From the IMG/VR virus record IMGVR_UViG_3300031759_000012: a stretch of DNA of 20,000 nucleotides. One strand, 5' to 3'. The translations under genes and the position numbers were made by a program. Origin of the DNA: an uncultured virus (IMG/VR IMGVR_UViG_3300031759_000012) (Duplodnaviria; Heunggongvirae; Uroviricota; Caudoviricetes). Numbering within the stretch: position 1 is the first letter of the stretch; each line of letters starts with the position of its first letter. The notes below the pieces were generated by a model. It saw only the letters and a program-made list of their open reading frames with translations. It did not search any database and was not told the origin of the DNA. Positions 7,438-17,000 of the stretch are shown here, piece after piece.

Positions 7438-8303
7438 GTTACAAAAGCAAAGAAGAACTGGATTTGTTGAATTTTGTCAACACACAAATCAAGTGTAATG
7501 TAATAAGCGGTGATCGAGCAGTCATATATCCATACGAAATAGACATATACATACCAGATTTAAATATTGGTATCGAATACTGCGGACTATATTGGCATAG
7601 CGAGCGTAGCGGGAAAAAAAGCTGGAATTATCATTATAGAAAATGGGCAGCAGCTAGGAATGTAGGAATTGAATTGATCACCGTGTTTAGCGACGAATGG
7701 TTACATCAAAGGACAATAGTTGAAAATATCATAAGGTCCAAGCTTGGCACAGGGTTGAGGAATATCGGTGCACGCAAGTGCAGGGTAGTTATTCCATCTC
7801 GTCAATCTAGCATTGATTTTTATAACTCATATCATTTATTAGGATCTCCCACAAAACTTCCTATTAATATTGGATTAGAGCATCAAGGCGAGCTAGTAGC
7901 ATTGATGAGCTTTGTAAAGGATTCTAACCATCGTTACGAGCTTATAAGATTTGCATCAAAAAACATGATACCTGGTGGTGCCAGTAGGTTGTTAACTTCG
8001 TTTGTTGATACATATCACCCAGTATCAATCATTAGTTTCAGTGATAACAGATATAGCCAAGGTGATTTATATAAAAAATTAGGATTTGTGCAAGTTGGTA
8101 CAGTACCCCCTATGCAACAATATGTAGAGAACTACACAATAAAACATCATAAATTAAGTCTTAATAAAGTGAAATTACAACAACTACATCCAGATATCGA
8201 TTTAGATAAAACGGAATGGCAAATTTTACAGGAATTAGGGTATGACAGGATTTGGGACTGCGGTAAAATCAAATGGGAGTTACAGCTAACGAGCACAAAA
8301 TAG
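7416..8303 (+). CDS. Hef-like homing-type nuclease (PD-(D/E)xK/Vsr-like) fused to a Mom-like GNAT-fold domain; probably 5'-truncated
   Basis: SKEE...EIDIYIPDLNIGIEYCGLYWH nuclease motif, then ARKC...HLLG...ELVALMSF...YELIRFAS...GGASRLL...ISFSDNRYSQGDLYKKLGF...RIWDCG. Protein-like sequence extends upstream of TTG 7464 (VCYPTDTSYKSKEE) with no start codon. Confidence 0.8.
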   Translation, partial: VCYPTDTSYKSKEELDLLNFVNTQIKCNVISGDRAVIYPYEIDIYIPDLNIGIEYCGLYWHSERSGKKSWNYHYRKWAAARNVGIELITVFSDEWLHQRTIVENIIRSKLGTGLRNIGARKCRVVIPSRQSSIDFYNSYHLLGSPTKLPINIGLEHQGELVALMSFVKDSNHRYELIRFASKNMIPGGASRLLTSFVDTYHPVSIISFSDNRYSQGDLYKKLGFVQVGTVPPMQQYVENYTIKHHKLSLNKVKLQQLHPDIDLDKTEWQILQELGYDRIWDCGKIKWELQLTSTK

Positions 8304-8331
8304 AAAACCCAGGATTTCTCCTGGGTTTTCT
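8302..8331. terminator. Bidirectional intrinsic terminator between the nuclease and major capsid genes
   Basis: Perfect 13-bp inverted repeat AGAAAACCCAGGA-TTTC-TCCTGGGTTTTCT (GAAA loop on the - strand), with T-tracts on both strands, between convergent genes. Confidence 0.92.
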
Positions 8332-8392
8332 TTAATGCCTTTTAAATTTTTATTTTCAACAAATCTTTGTAACCTGCTGAAAATAAAAGATT

Positions 8393-9592
8393 TTATAGGA
8401 ATTTTAAATGAGACGTATTTATAGCAATTCCAGCTAGATAGTCAGCTGCGTTACCTAAGCTCGACGCAGTGTTATTCAGTTCAAGATAACCATAACGTGT
8501 CATGAATGATACAACTGGTTCGAATGTGCTTGGATCAATGATAACCCCTGAGCTTGTTAGCGGAACGTATGGGCAATAATAAGCAGCCGCATCAATTTCG
8601 CCAGGTCCTTTATAACCAACTAGAACGTTTGTATCGTCAGCAGCATACTGATCAACATACACTCTCATGCTGTTGTTTAGTGTGCCAACGAACTTGGTGT
8701 TAGTTGGGGCTTCGAAGGTACCTTCTGTGGTACGAGCGAATGCTGAAGTTGTAGCACTCTGTAGGATGGTAAGAGCAGTTGGGGAAACAACAACCCAGTT
8801 ACCAGCACCACGACGTGTACGTGCAGCAATCAAGTTTGCACCACGGTTGATCAGCACTGCTAGAGCAGCGTGTTCATCACCAACATATGTTGCAGTACCA
8901 GAAACAGCACCTTGGTCATATGTTAGAGTAGTACCAGCTAGTGTACGCAGTGACACAAGAATTTCTTGGTCAATTTCTGCGGTAATTTCTTGAGCAAGAG
9001 CAGCCATAATTTCTGCTTCAATGTCAATGCCTTGTTGTGCTTGAGCATCTTGTGCAGCTTCAAAGGTCCAACGAGCTGACAACTTACGTGTCTTAGCTTC
9101 AACTGTTTCCTTTAAAATCTGGATGTTCAAACGCTTACCAGCTGTACCTTCAAGCACGCTTGTTGGTGCAGCAGCAGGATATGTGCTATTACCGTTACCT
9201 GAGTAGAAACGTGCAATATCAAATGGGCTTAGTGCTTCGCTACCTGCAACTGTTGGAGTTGGGGTACCAAAAGTGTCAGCATAACGTACACGCAGGGTGT
9301 GAATTTGACCAACTGGTCCGCTCATTGGTTGAACACCAATGATTTCGTTAGCGATAACTGTTGGCATAACTCGTCGAATAACTGGTAGAATTACCTTGTT
9401 AAGGGTAGCAACGTTACCAGCGCTTGTGGCACCTGGGGTTGCACTTTCAAACAGTATTCCTGATTTGGCTTGTAGATCCTTACGTGTATTTTCAAGGACA
9501 ACTTCCATTACCTTCTTGCGATTGCCGGTTAGACCTTCGCAAAGAGCGGTCTTAGTGGCCGTCCAGTGTGTTTCAAAAAGGTTTTGTTTCAT
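8393..9592 (-). CDS. gp23: Major capsid protein, T4 gp23-like
   Basis: ILPVIRRVMPTVIANEIIGVQPMSGPVG, TVEAKTRKLSARWTFEAAQD, EITAEIDQEI, YYCPYVPL, DPSTFEPVVSFMTRYG; AAGGAG SD; located after the scaffold gene. Confidence 0.97.
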   Translation of the reverse strand: MKQNLFETHWTATKTALCEGLTGNRKKVMEVVLENTRKDLQAKSGILFESATPGATSAGNVATLNKVILPVIRRVMPTVIANEIIGVQPMSGPVGQIHTLRVRYADTFGTPTPTVAGSEALSPFDIARFYSGNGNSTYPAAAPTSVLEGTAGKRLNIQILKETVEAKTRKLSARWTFEAAQDAQAQQGIDIEAEIMAALAQEITAEIDQEILVSLRTLAGTTLTYDQGAVSGTATYVGDEHAALAVLINRGANLIAARTRRGAGNWVVVSPTALTILQSATTSAFARTTEGTFEAPTNTKFVGTLNNSMRVYVDQYAADDTNVLVGYKGPGEIDAAAYYCPYVPLTSSGVIIDPSTFEPVVSFMTRYGYLELNNTASSLGNAADYLAGIAINTSHLKFL

Positions 9593-9605
9593 TCTTTATA
9601 ACTCC

Positions 9606-10826
9606 TTATTTTTTTAAACCGGCTAAATGTAGTAGTTGGCCAAGACCTTCAAATTCGGTTTGGTTCTCTTCTAATACAGCTTGGGCTAATTTGTTGTTAT
9701 TTCTGTCACCTGTTACGGCCACAGACTTTGGTCGAGAGGTTTCAGCCAGGTTAACCTTGGTCTGTGAACCTTGTGTTGAACCGTTTACAATCGCAGGTAG
9801 ATAACGTGAAAAAGCTTCTTTCAAGTTTTGTGTCTTGATATCTTTGAGCATGTCTTCCATTACAGCCTTCTTGTCTCTGGCTAGTGGTGAAAGCAGCTCT
9901 TTAAGTGTTTCTTCACGAAGTATGCGATCCTGAGCAGATTTAAGTTTGCCGTTAGCAGACTCTAATAGAGAATTTTGTTCTTTAAGTTGTTTGCTAACTT
10001 TTTCAAGTTCATTTTTCTGCTCAAGAAGCTGACGGTCCAGCTTCTTGACTTCGCTACCTTCTGAGAGATAGCTGGCCATATACTCGGCTGCCACAGCTTC
10101 GAAAATACGGCGACCAAAGTTATTCTCACGAGCAACCTTAATGTCGTCTCTCCACTGAACTAACTCGCTGCGAATTACTTCGTTCAAAGTTTTATCAACT
10201 GCTGTTGTAGCTCTATTGATAAATTTTTGTTGAGTTTCAGTTATTTTTTTCTTGCCTTCTTGTGCCAGCTTAATTCGTTGTTCAATTAATGCTTTTTTAT
10301 CTGCGTTAAATTCTGCAATTTCTTCAGATAATTGCTTGAGAACGAATCCTTGCAACTTGTTGATACGATCAGAAACTTCGCGTTTAGCATTTTCTCTGAC
10401 TGTCTGTAACTCTTTGGCCATTTCTTGACGCTGTTGTGTGAGGCTTTTGCGATCATCAACAAACTCTGCCAGTTCAGCCTTTAGCTGCTTGGCAATAAAC
10501 GAATTAAGCATTTTTGCATGCTCAACCATTTTTTGTTTATAAACATGTTTAGCTTCCACAGTTGCTTTACTGAACTTCGCACGTTGTCTAATAAGTGCAG
10601 AACGATCTTCTGCAAACTCATTTAGCTCAGCACGAATTGAATCAGTTAACATTGCGTCTATGGCTTCAACAAGCTTTGCCTTATCGTTAGAATAACGAAC
10701 GGCGTAGTCTTCCTGGAGTTTTTGCTCCGCGGCTTTTACCTTGTTGTTAAAGGCCTCTTGGAGTGCAGTCTTAACATCTTCGCCAAGTACTTCATTTTCC
10801 AGGAGATCTTTTATTTCCTTTTCCAT
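9606..10826 (-). CDS. gp22: Prohead core scaffolding protein, T4 gp22-like
   Basis: Long E/K-rich coiled coil, GRRIFEA motif, located between protease and capsid genes, AAGGAG SD. Confidence 0.85.
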   Translation of the reverse strand: MEKEIKDLLENEVLGEDVKTALQEAFNNKVKAAEQKLQEDYAVRYSNDKAKLVEAIDAMLTDSIRAELNEFAEDRSALIRQRAKFSKATVEAKHVYKQKMVEHAKMLNSFIAKQLKAELAEFVDDRKSLTQQRQEMAKELQTVRENAKREVSDRINKLQGFVLKQLSEEIAEFNADKKALIEQRIKLAQEGKKKITETQQKFINRATTAVDKTLNEVIRSELVQWRDDIKVARENNFGRRIFEAVAAEYMASYLSEGSEVKKLDRQLLEQKNELEKVSKQLKEQNSLLESANGKLKSAQDRILREETLKELLSPLARDKKAVMEDMLKDIKTQNLKEAFSRYLPAIVNGSTQGSQTKVNLAETSRPKSVAVTGDRNNNKLAQAVLEENQTEFEGLGQLLHLAGLKK

Positions 10827-10839
10827 AGGACACTACTCC

Positions 10840-11484
10840 TTAATTAAGTTTCAACTCATCTACCCAGCCAAGAAGTATTTTCTTCAGATGCGTTTGAGCA
10901 ACTGCGTCATGTTTCATACTTTCAGCTAGTTCATGAATTTTGTAGCCATGCTTGCGATTCATAATTGCTTCATACATTGGTATAGGATAAGCATTAGGCG
11001 CACTTGGCTTTGCCACAATATCAACAGTAAGCATATCAAAATCAGATACCCTACCATTGTCGTCTACGTTGCCTGAACCACGAGATGAAACACCAAGTTT
11101 CACACCGTTGTCAAGCAATGTTCGCACGATGTTACCACATGGAGTAGGTAAAATTTGTAGCTTACCATAACCATTGGCTCCATCCATCCACATCTCGGTA
11201 ATTTTGTGGCTTACTCGATCGAGATGTATTTGTAATTCTTGTGGATGATCGCATTCGCCTAAAATGCCAGCGTCTTCTTTTATCGTTTTGTTGATATTTT
11301 CAACAGCTCTACGAATTTCATATAATGGATATACACGACCGTTGTGATTGCGAATATCACCTTGTATGAAAATTCCTTTCATATAAACACTTTTTTGGGC
11401 ACCCGGATTTTGAGCGTCGCTTTCAACGATTATCTCAGCTCTTGCTGCATCATATCCCAAATGTTCTATAAGTATGTTCTGCAT
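10840..11484 (-). CDS. gp21: Prohead maturation protease, T4 gp21-like
   Basis: GIFIQGDIRNHNGRVYP, GECDHP (catalytic His), LGVSSRGSG (catalytic Ser), DIVAKPSAPNAYP. Confidence 0.96.
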   Translation of the reverse strand: MQNILIEHLGYDAARAEIIVESDAQNPGAQKSVYMKGIFIQGDIRNHNGRVYPLYEIRRAVENINKTIKEDAGILGECDHPQELQIHLDRVSHKITEMWMDGANGYGKLQILPTPCGNIVRTLLDNGVKLGVSSRGSGNVDDNGRVSDFDMLTVDIVAKPSAPNAYPIPMYEAIMNRKHGYKIHELAESMKHDAVAQTHLKKILLGWVDELKLN

Positions 11485-11505
11485 ATTTGTTTACTTCTTT
11501 TGATA

Positions 11506-11526
11506 AAATATTTAATTAAATATTTA
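11506..11526 (-). promoter_or_regulatory. Late-promoter-like TAAATA motifs overlapping a perfect 20-bp palindrome upstream of gp21
   Basis: AAATATTTAATTAAATATTT (11506-11525) is self-complementary; - strand TAAATA at 11509-11514 and 11521-11526. Confidence 0.55.
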
Positions 11527-11557
11527 AATTCACTGCATCTTTAGGCTAAATTTCAGC

Positions 11558-11591
11558 AAATTAGGCCGATTATCGCTAATCAGCCTAATTT
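11558..11591 (-). terminator. Stem-loop after the acidic core protein gene (terminator or processing site)
   Basis: - strand AAATTAGGCTGATTA-GCGA-TAATCGGCCTAATTT: 15-bp stem with one G.U pair and a GNRA loop, about 10 nt after the stop; weak U-tail. Confidence 0.7.
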
Positions 11592-11601
11592 TATGAGTTA
11601 G

Positions 11602-12588
11602 TTATTTAAGATTTTGACCACCTTTGCTAAGCGGACTCATTTTTCCAACTGAATCTGCACCAAACTCTTTAGCAGTTTTGTTAATAGCAGCGTCTGGATT
11701 GTTGCCTTCCTTATTTACTTTAGAAGTTCCTTGCATTGAATTTTTACGACGATTGTCAGCTTTCATGTCAGGATCTGCACCTTTCAAAGCATCCATTGAG
11801 TGCTTTGGAGCGGTTTCCATGTTATAACCCTTGTGTTCTGGACCTGCGCCGATATCAACTGGCTTGGCTCCAAAACGTGTTGTCTGACTTGGAGGAACTG
11901 GACTACGTGCTTTGTTGCCGTCGGCCATCCCGCTTTGAGCTGCACCAACATCTTTAGCTGGAACGCTTTTTTCCATATTTTTTTCAACAACTTCAAGATC
12001 TAAGCTTTCAGCAATGTCATCAAAGTCTTCGTCGAGTTCCCAAGATTCTTCTTCGCCTTCACCTTCTTCGCCTTCGCCCTCGTCAGCGCCTTCATCACCG
12101 TACTCTTCAGCTTCAAGTTTTTCAAACTCAGCTTTTAGTTCAGCTAGCGCTGTTTCCAGATCATTCATTTTGTCCATGATTTCTTCGTGTTCATCATGTG
12201 AATCTGAATCCATGTCACCATCATCTGATGGCATTTCATCAGTATCCATAGCTGTATCAAGTTCTAATTCATCTTCATCATCAGTTGTTTGTTTGAATTC
12301 TTCTAGATCATCTTCATTCATGGTCTCTTCGAAATCAATTTCGTCTTCCATTGCACTTATATTGCTGCCTGAAGATCCATCGGCTTTAATTTGATTACGA
12401 AAATCGGTTGCGTCGTCGCCGCTACCGCCAATATCTTCTTCTTCCATTTCATCGTCATGGCTCATCAGCTCTTCATGGATTGCACGAGCTTTTTCGATAA
12501 ATACTTGGTGTAAAAGCTCTTTGGCTTTTTCTTCATCGTTCTTAATTAAATATTCAAGAACTTTTGAAAGTTTTGAATTTGTTGTCAT
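11602..12588 (-). CDS. Highly acidic prohead core-like protein (positional analogue of T4 gp67/gp68)
   Basis: D/E-rich, with many [LIM]xE sites, located between portal and protease. Start moved to ATG 12588 (AAGGAG SD upstream). Confidence 0.7.
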   Translation of the reverse strand: MTTNSKLSKVLEYLIKNDEEKAKELLHQVFIEKARAIHEELMSHDDEMEEEDIGGSGDDATDFRNQIKADGSSGSNISAMEDEIDFEETMNEDDLEEFKQTTDDEDELELDTAMDTDEMPSDDGDMDSDSHDEHEEIMDKMNDLETALAELKAEFEKLEAEEYGDEGADEGEGEEGEGEEESWELDEDFDDIAESLDLEVVEKNMEKSVPAKDVGAAQSGMADGNKARSPVPPSQTTRFGAKPVDIGAGPEHKGYNMETAPKHSMDALKGADPDMKADNRRKNSMQGTSKVNKEGNNPDAAINKTAKEFGADSVGKMSPLSKGGQNLK

Positions 12589-12628
12589 TTTTATATGCTC
12601 CTTTGTCAAAATAGGACAGACTCAGATT

Positions 12629-12634
12629 TATTTA
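12629..12634 (-). promoter_or_regulatory. Late-promoter-like TAAATA motif
   Basis: Intergenic, 40 nt upstream of ATG 12588; matches the core of T4 TATAAATA. Confidence 0.45.
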
Positions 12635-12700
12635 ATCCAAACACAGATATCCCTTAGAATTATTAGAAAAAATTGGTATTTTTGTTTAAGAACAGGTCCA

Positions 12701-13822
12701 TTACGAAATTTTCATAATATAAATTGTTCCAGCAGGGGCACTACTATTTATGTTAGGTGTGTTAATAACGTTTCCGTTCGGTAGCGTTATTGAACTTCCG
12801 TTACAAGACGCCCACCCATTTGGTATCTGGCCAGGGTTGGCCCACAATATAATACCTTGGATCAAAATTTGATTGTCATGGTTGGCAGAGGTTACTATGC
12901 CATTTTGTCCAACGTAAACATTACTGTAGTAACCAGGTGTAATGTTAGCCTGACTATTAACAAAAACGTTTGCAGTCCATGTGGATCCATTGGATACTGT
13001 ATTACCAAAGACATCGCCTGTGAAAAGAACAATCGACGGCGGGGTATATCCAAGAGCAAAATATACATCTTGGTCATTTATAGAAGTAGCATCTGTAATA
13101 ATTCCGTTTGAATTTACAAATACATTTGAAAACCAATTTGGTATCTGCGTTACATTTGCATTAGATATAATAGGGCCTTGTAAGGCATTAATTAATGAGG
13201 AATTAATAACAACATCATTGCTGCCGTTGAATAAAACATTACCAGATATTGATCCAGACAAAGAAATATTTCTAGCAGTTGCTAATACGTTAGCCGATGT
13301 AGCAGTACCATTAAAACCATAACCATTTGCATCGGTTGCTAAAGTAATACCAGGTCCTAGACCACTAGGAAATCTAGTTTGAAATGGAAAATTTATATCT
13401 CCGATTTGTGCATACAATGGCAATAGAGCAGGACTTATATTGAAATGACTAACAGCCGCAATAATAAGTCCTGCACTTAATATAACAGTTACTTCAACTT
13501 GAGGATTGAATTTTGTTATCAAAACTTGTGCTGTACCTGCGTCCCCATCAAATGGTGGCGACAATACATTCCATTGTGAACCATCGTAGAAGTTCATTAC
13601 TGATGTTACAGAATTGTACCACACTTGTCCTTGAATAGGACTAGCAGGCGGAGTGCTGCTACTAAAATTCTGCAAAAGATATATAAAATTCTCATTAAGG
13701 GCTAACCCAAAATTTACAGAATTCTGTCCTATTAGGCCTAGACTGGTAGTTGTTGTATCTATTGTGCTATTTGGTACACTAACTAGAAAACTACCGTCAT
13801 AATTGAGTAGGTTGTACGGCAT
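12701..13822 (-). CDS. Virion structural (fibre-like) protein with a C-terminal tail-collar-type domain
   Basis: N-terminal SLGLIGQN...NENFIYLLQNFS...P.QGQVWYNS, typical of jumbo-phage virion protein paralogues; GTATSANVLATARNISLSG...FNGSNDV fibre motif; C-terminal GIILW...IPNGWASCNG. Confidence 0.75.
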   Translation of the reverse strand: MPYNLLNYDGSFLVSVPNSTIDTTTTSLGLIGQNSVNFGLALNENFIYLLQNFSSSTPPASPIQGQVWYNSVTSVMNFYDGSQWNVLSPPFDGDAGTAQVLITKFNPQVEVTVILSAGLIIAAVSHFNISPALLPLYAQIGDINFPFQTRFPSGLGPGITLATDANGYGFNGTATSANVLATARNISLSGSISGNVLFNGSNDVVINSSLINALQGPIISNANVTQIPNWFSNVFVNSNGIITDATSINDQDVYFALGYTPPSIVLFTGDVFGNTVSNGSTWTANVFVNSQANITPGYYSNVYVGQNGIVTSANHDNQILIQGIILWANPGQIPNGWASCNGSSITLPNGNVINTPNINSSAPAGTIYIMKIS

Positions 13823-14046
13823 TATAGACCCATTCCTCCTGGTTGTTCCTGCTCAGCTGGACCATAAATGATTTCTAAAAAGTCTCCACGCATTAATTCT
13901 TCTAGATCCTTTGCGGCACGCATTTTTTTCAATTTGTTTAAATTAGCCAAGGTGATTTTAGGTTTTCTCGTATAATGAATCTGACGCTGCATGCCTTTAT
14001 CAGCGTCTGGATTTTGATAAGTTGGATCAATTTCATAGGCGTTCAT
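13822..14046 (-). CDS. Small basic hypothetical protein downstream of the portal gene
   Basis: AAGGA SD, TAATG coupling to the next gene, basic helix RKPKITLANLNKLKKMR. Confidence 0.75.
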   Translation of the reverse strand: MNAYEIDPTYQNPDADKGMQRQIHYTRKPKITLANLNKLKKMRAAKDLEELMRGDFLEIIYGPAEQEQPGGMGL

Positions 14047-14068
14047 TAGGTTTTTCCTTGATATTTTA

Positions 14069-14074
14069 TATTTA
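14069..14074 (-). promoter_or_regulatory. Late-promoter-like (A)TAAATA motif
   Basis: Immediately after the portal stop codon, 22 nt upstream of ATG 14046. Confidence 0.5.
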
Positions 14075-17000
14075 TTATGCGCCTGGTGGTGGTCCTAATG
14101 CGCCAGCTCCTGCTTCAGGTGCTACAGCGCTAGTTGTTGGACCTGCAGGAGCCCCGGCCTCTGGTGCCGGTGTTTCACCTGTTGGTTCAGGTTCAGTTCC
14201 TGCTAATTCTGCATCAGTTGGAGCTCTTACTCCAATAGTTGAGAGACCCGGCTGAGATTCGCTGCTTACTGTTTCACCTGTTTTGTCTTTAACCTTTTTA
14301 GCGTTTTCTTCTTTCCAAAGTTTTTCATTTTCTAATATATCTTCGTCGGACCATCTAAGATAGCGCTTTAATGCGTAACGCTTACTGATATATTTGGCTG
14401 CTTCGGTTTGTATCAAACTAGAAAATACAGCAATTTGCTCATTATCTAGGGCCATTTGACGGTATTGACCGAAGCTCTGCGGTTCCCACATTTTTAATTC
14501 AAAGGTATCACTTTCAATTTCTATACCTCTATATTTGAGGTATAATTTAAATTCTCTATCCAGCTCCGGTGTCGTAAGGTTCTGTAATCGTTGACATACT
14601 TTAGCAAATCGTAATTCTTGAATATAAGCAGTTCCTACCTTGCCATCCTGCCATTGCGTTTGGCCATCTTCTGGACCTGTTGGCAAATAGCTACTTGGAA
14701 TACCTAAACCACGTATAAGTTTATTGTTGAAATATTTCAAATCATCTATTTGACCTAAGTTTTCACCACCTGGAAGTGTTTCAATACGTGTGCCTTTGCC
14801 TTCACTGTTCTGGGCCAAGAAAAAATCTTCATTTATAGCAATAGGACTGTAGGCAGCATCTAGTATGCTGTTACACACAAAAACACCAGAATCTGTAGCA
14901 AAATTGTGATGACCATGGTAAATTTCATTGCCATCAATGGTAATCGTACCGGTATCTCTCGTGTCTTCTAACCATTCTATTGATACAATCTTATGATTAT
15001 ACTGCATAGCTTTGCTTTTAAAGTCATTCCAACCGTTATACCCAAACGTTGATAGCATCGTATTAACCGTGCTCAACGTTATGTTGTTAACGTTAGCATT
15101 ACCGCGTTTATTTTTGTTTTTTTCCGCCAACAGATTAATAAATTCGCGGTTGGTATTTAATAAATTAGGTAACAACGACTTTGAAAGGGCAGGATCCTTC
15201 TTAACCATGTCAACCAGTATGGAAATATGTCTCTGATCAAACGATATTTTTAAAGTTGATTTTTGTATATTATGTCCAAAAGATGCTGTAAAATTTGACC
15301 ACGACGTGTATCCAAACGCTTTCACTAATTTAACCAAGGTATCTTTTGAAAATTTATCAAAATTAAATTTAGCAAGTCTTCCATCAATTGGAGCATTTAA
15401 TGTCTTATAATGATCCATGAATAGCACATCGGTTGATAACGCATTGCATACTGCTTTAGAATTAGATCCAACCCGGACTACTGTATCAACGCATTTTGAC
15501 AGCATGTATTCATCAAATACATTAGATTGATTTTGAATTTTTTCTTCCGGATGCAATTTTAAATATGCAGATCTATATTCAGATTTTTTTGTTATAAAAT
15601 CCAAATACATCAGAGATTCTTTTAAACGCTTCCAATTTTTAACCGATGATACTGACATTCTATCACGTATCGTCGGATCATTTTTATGTGCTAGTTTAAT
15701 ACTGTTTGATAATTTAATACCAAGTTCTGGGTTGCTTGCATATGCTGCTCTTACAGCGTCTGCATTCTTTTGTTTGTATTCAGTACGTTGGGTTTCAGTT
15801 AACGAATTCCACCAGTTTGAATATGTATTTGCATGTAATTTAAAATGGTCTACACCACTCATAAATGCCAAATTTTCCGGAGAATTGTTATGTTTGTTAT
15901 AATCCACGTGATGGATAACTGATTTCCGTTCGTTAACAAATCGTTGGTCGTATATCAACTCGTTGTGAATCCCTATTGATTTGAAATAGTTAGCAACCAT
16001 TCGATGGGTAAACATCCAATTTTTTATAGAATGATTAAATATCTGATGATACTGCGGGTCAGTTCTGTTGTTATTTCCATTTATTGATTCAAATCTAGTA
16101 TTGAAACTAATTAAACTATCTTTGTTTATTTCAATATATTGTGCCTGAACGTCTCCCTTTCCTAAAATTGGAATTTTATGGTCGGGTGTTACTATTAACG
16201 TGCTGCCATTATCTAATGTTAGTTTAATAACTTGCGTGTTTTTTCGAGTGATACCTGCCCACGATATTACTCCGGGTACAATATGTCCTGTTTTAGTATC
16301 AGTTGAATACGCCCAATTTGTTTTGCCAGCATTAAATTCAGTGATTAGGTCGGATAACGAAAGTGATCTACCATCAAGTAGCGGTATCTGCGTATTTAAA
16401 TCAAGACATTGCCCGCCCCCAGTTCTATTAGGAATTCGGCGTTGGTAAATTTCGTTTTTCATACGCTCAATAACTTGTTGAGCGCGAGGGCCACTTAAAC
16501 TTCCTGTATCAATATAAAAGACTCTGCGTTCTGGTGCTCGGACAACACGATAAATCAAAATACAATCTTCAAGAAGATCTTTTTGTTTGTATACCTTGTA
16601 AATGCTTTCAAGGATTGATGTCCCAAAAGGCCATTGACTATCCATACCTTCTGATAAACTAAGATGAACAACATGCGTTGCATTAACAGCAAGTTCGTTT
16701 TGTTGCAAATCAAACCGGCTAGTTCTTCCGCCCGGGCTACTACTTATACCATAATTAATAGTACCAGCACCAGCTGCAGGGTTACTGCTGCGTGGATAAC
16801 CACCCGGAAAGCTATACTGATCATGTATGAGCATGTTGCTGCCCACCAAGGCCTGTAAGTTCAAATCGATATCTTTGATTACGTATTGTTCGGCACTCTT
16901 GCCTTTGTCTTCATTTACAATAATTTTTTCAACTTTGGCAGGATCTATCCAAATTAGTTTGAATGTTTCTGGGTCTCGTATAAAAATTTGGTCGCCATAT

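Noticed and set aside
6314..7445. Invertible (shufflon-like) segment around the deaminase gene
   Set aside because: Only a weak 7/8-bp inverted similarity (ACCTGTGT vs ACACAAGT), no recombinase in the window, and inversion would not restore start codons.
12010..12400. GAA/GAT-rich repeats and the Ser-rich + strand ORF 12014-12394
   Set aside because: Low-complexity acidic coding sequence and its antisense shadow; not a CRISPR array or a separate gene.
14870..16408. Group I intron in the portal gene
   Set aside because: The insertion is in frame, has no stops and carries protein-splicing motifs at both ends, so it is an intein.
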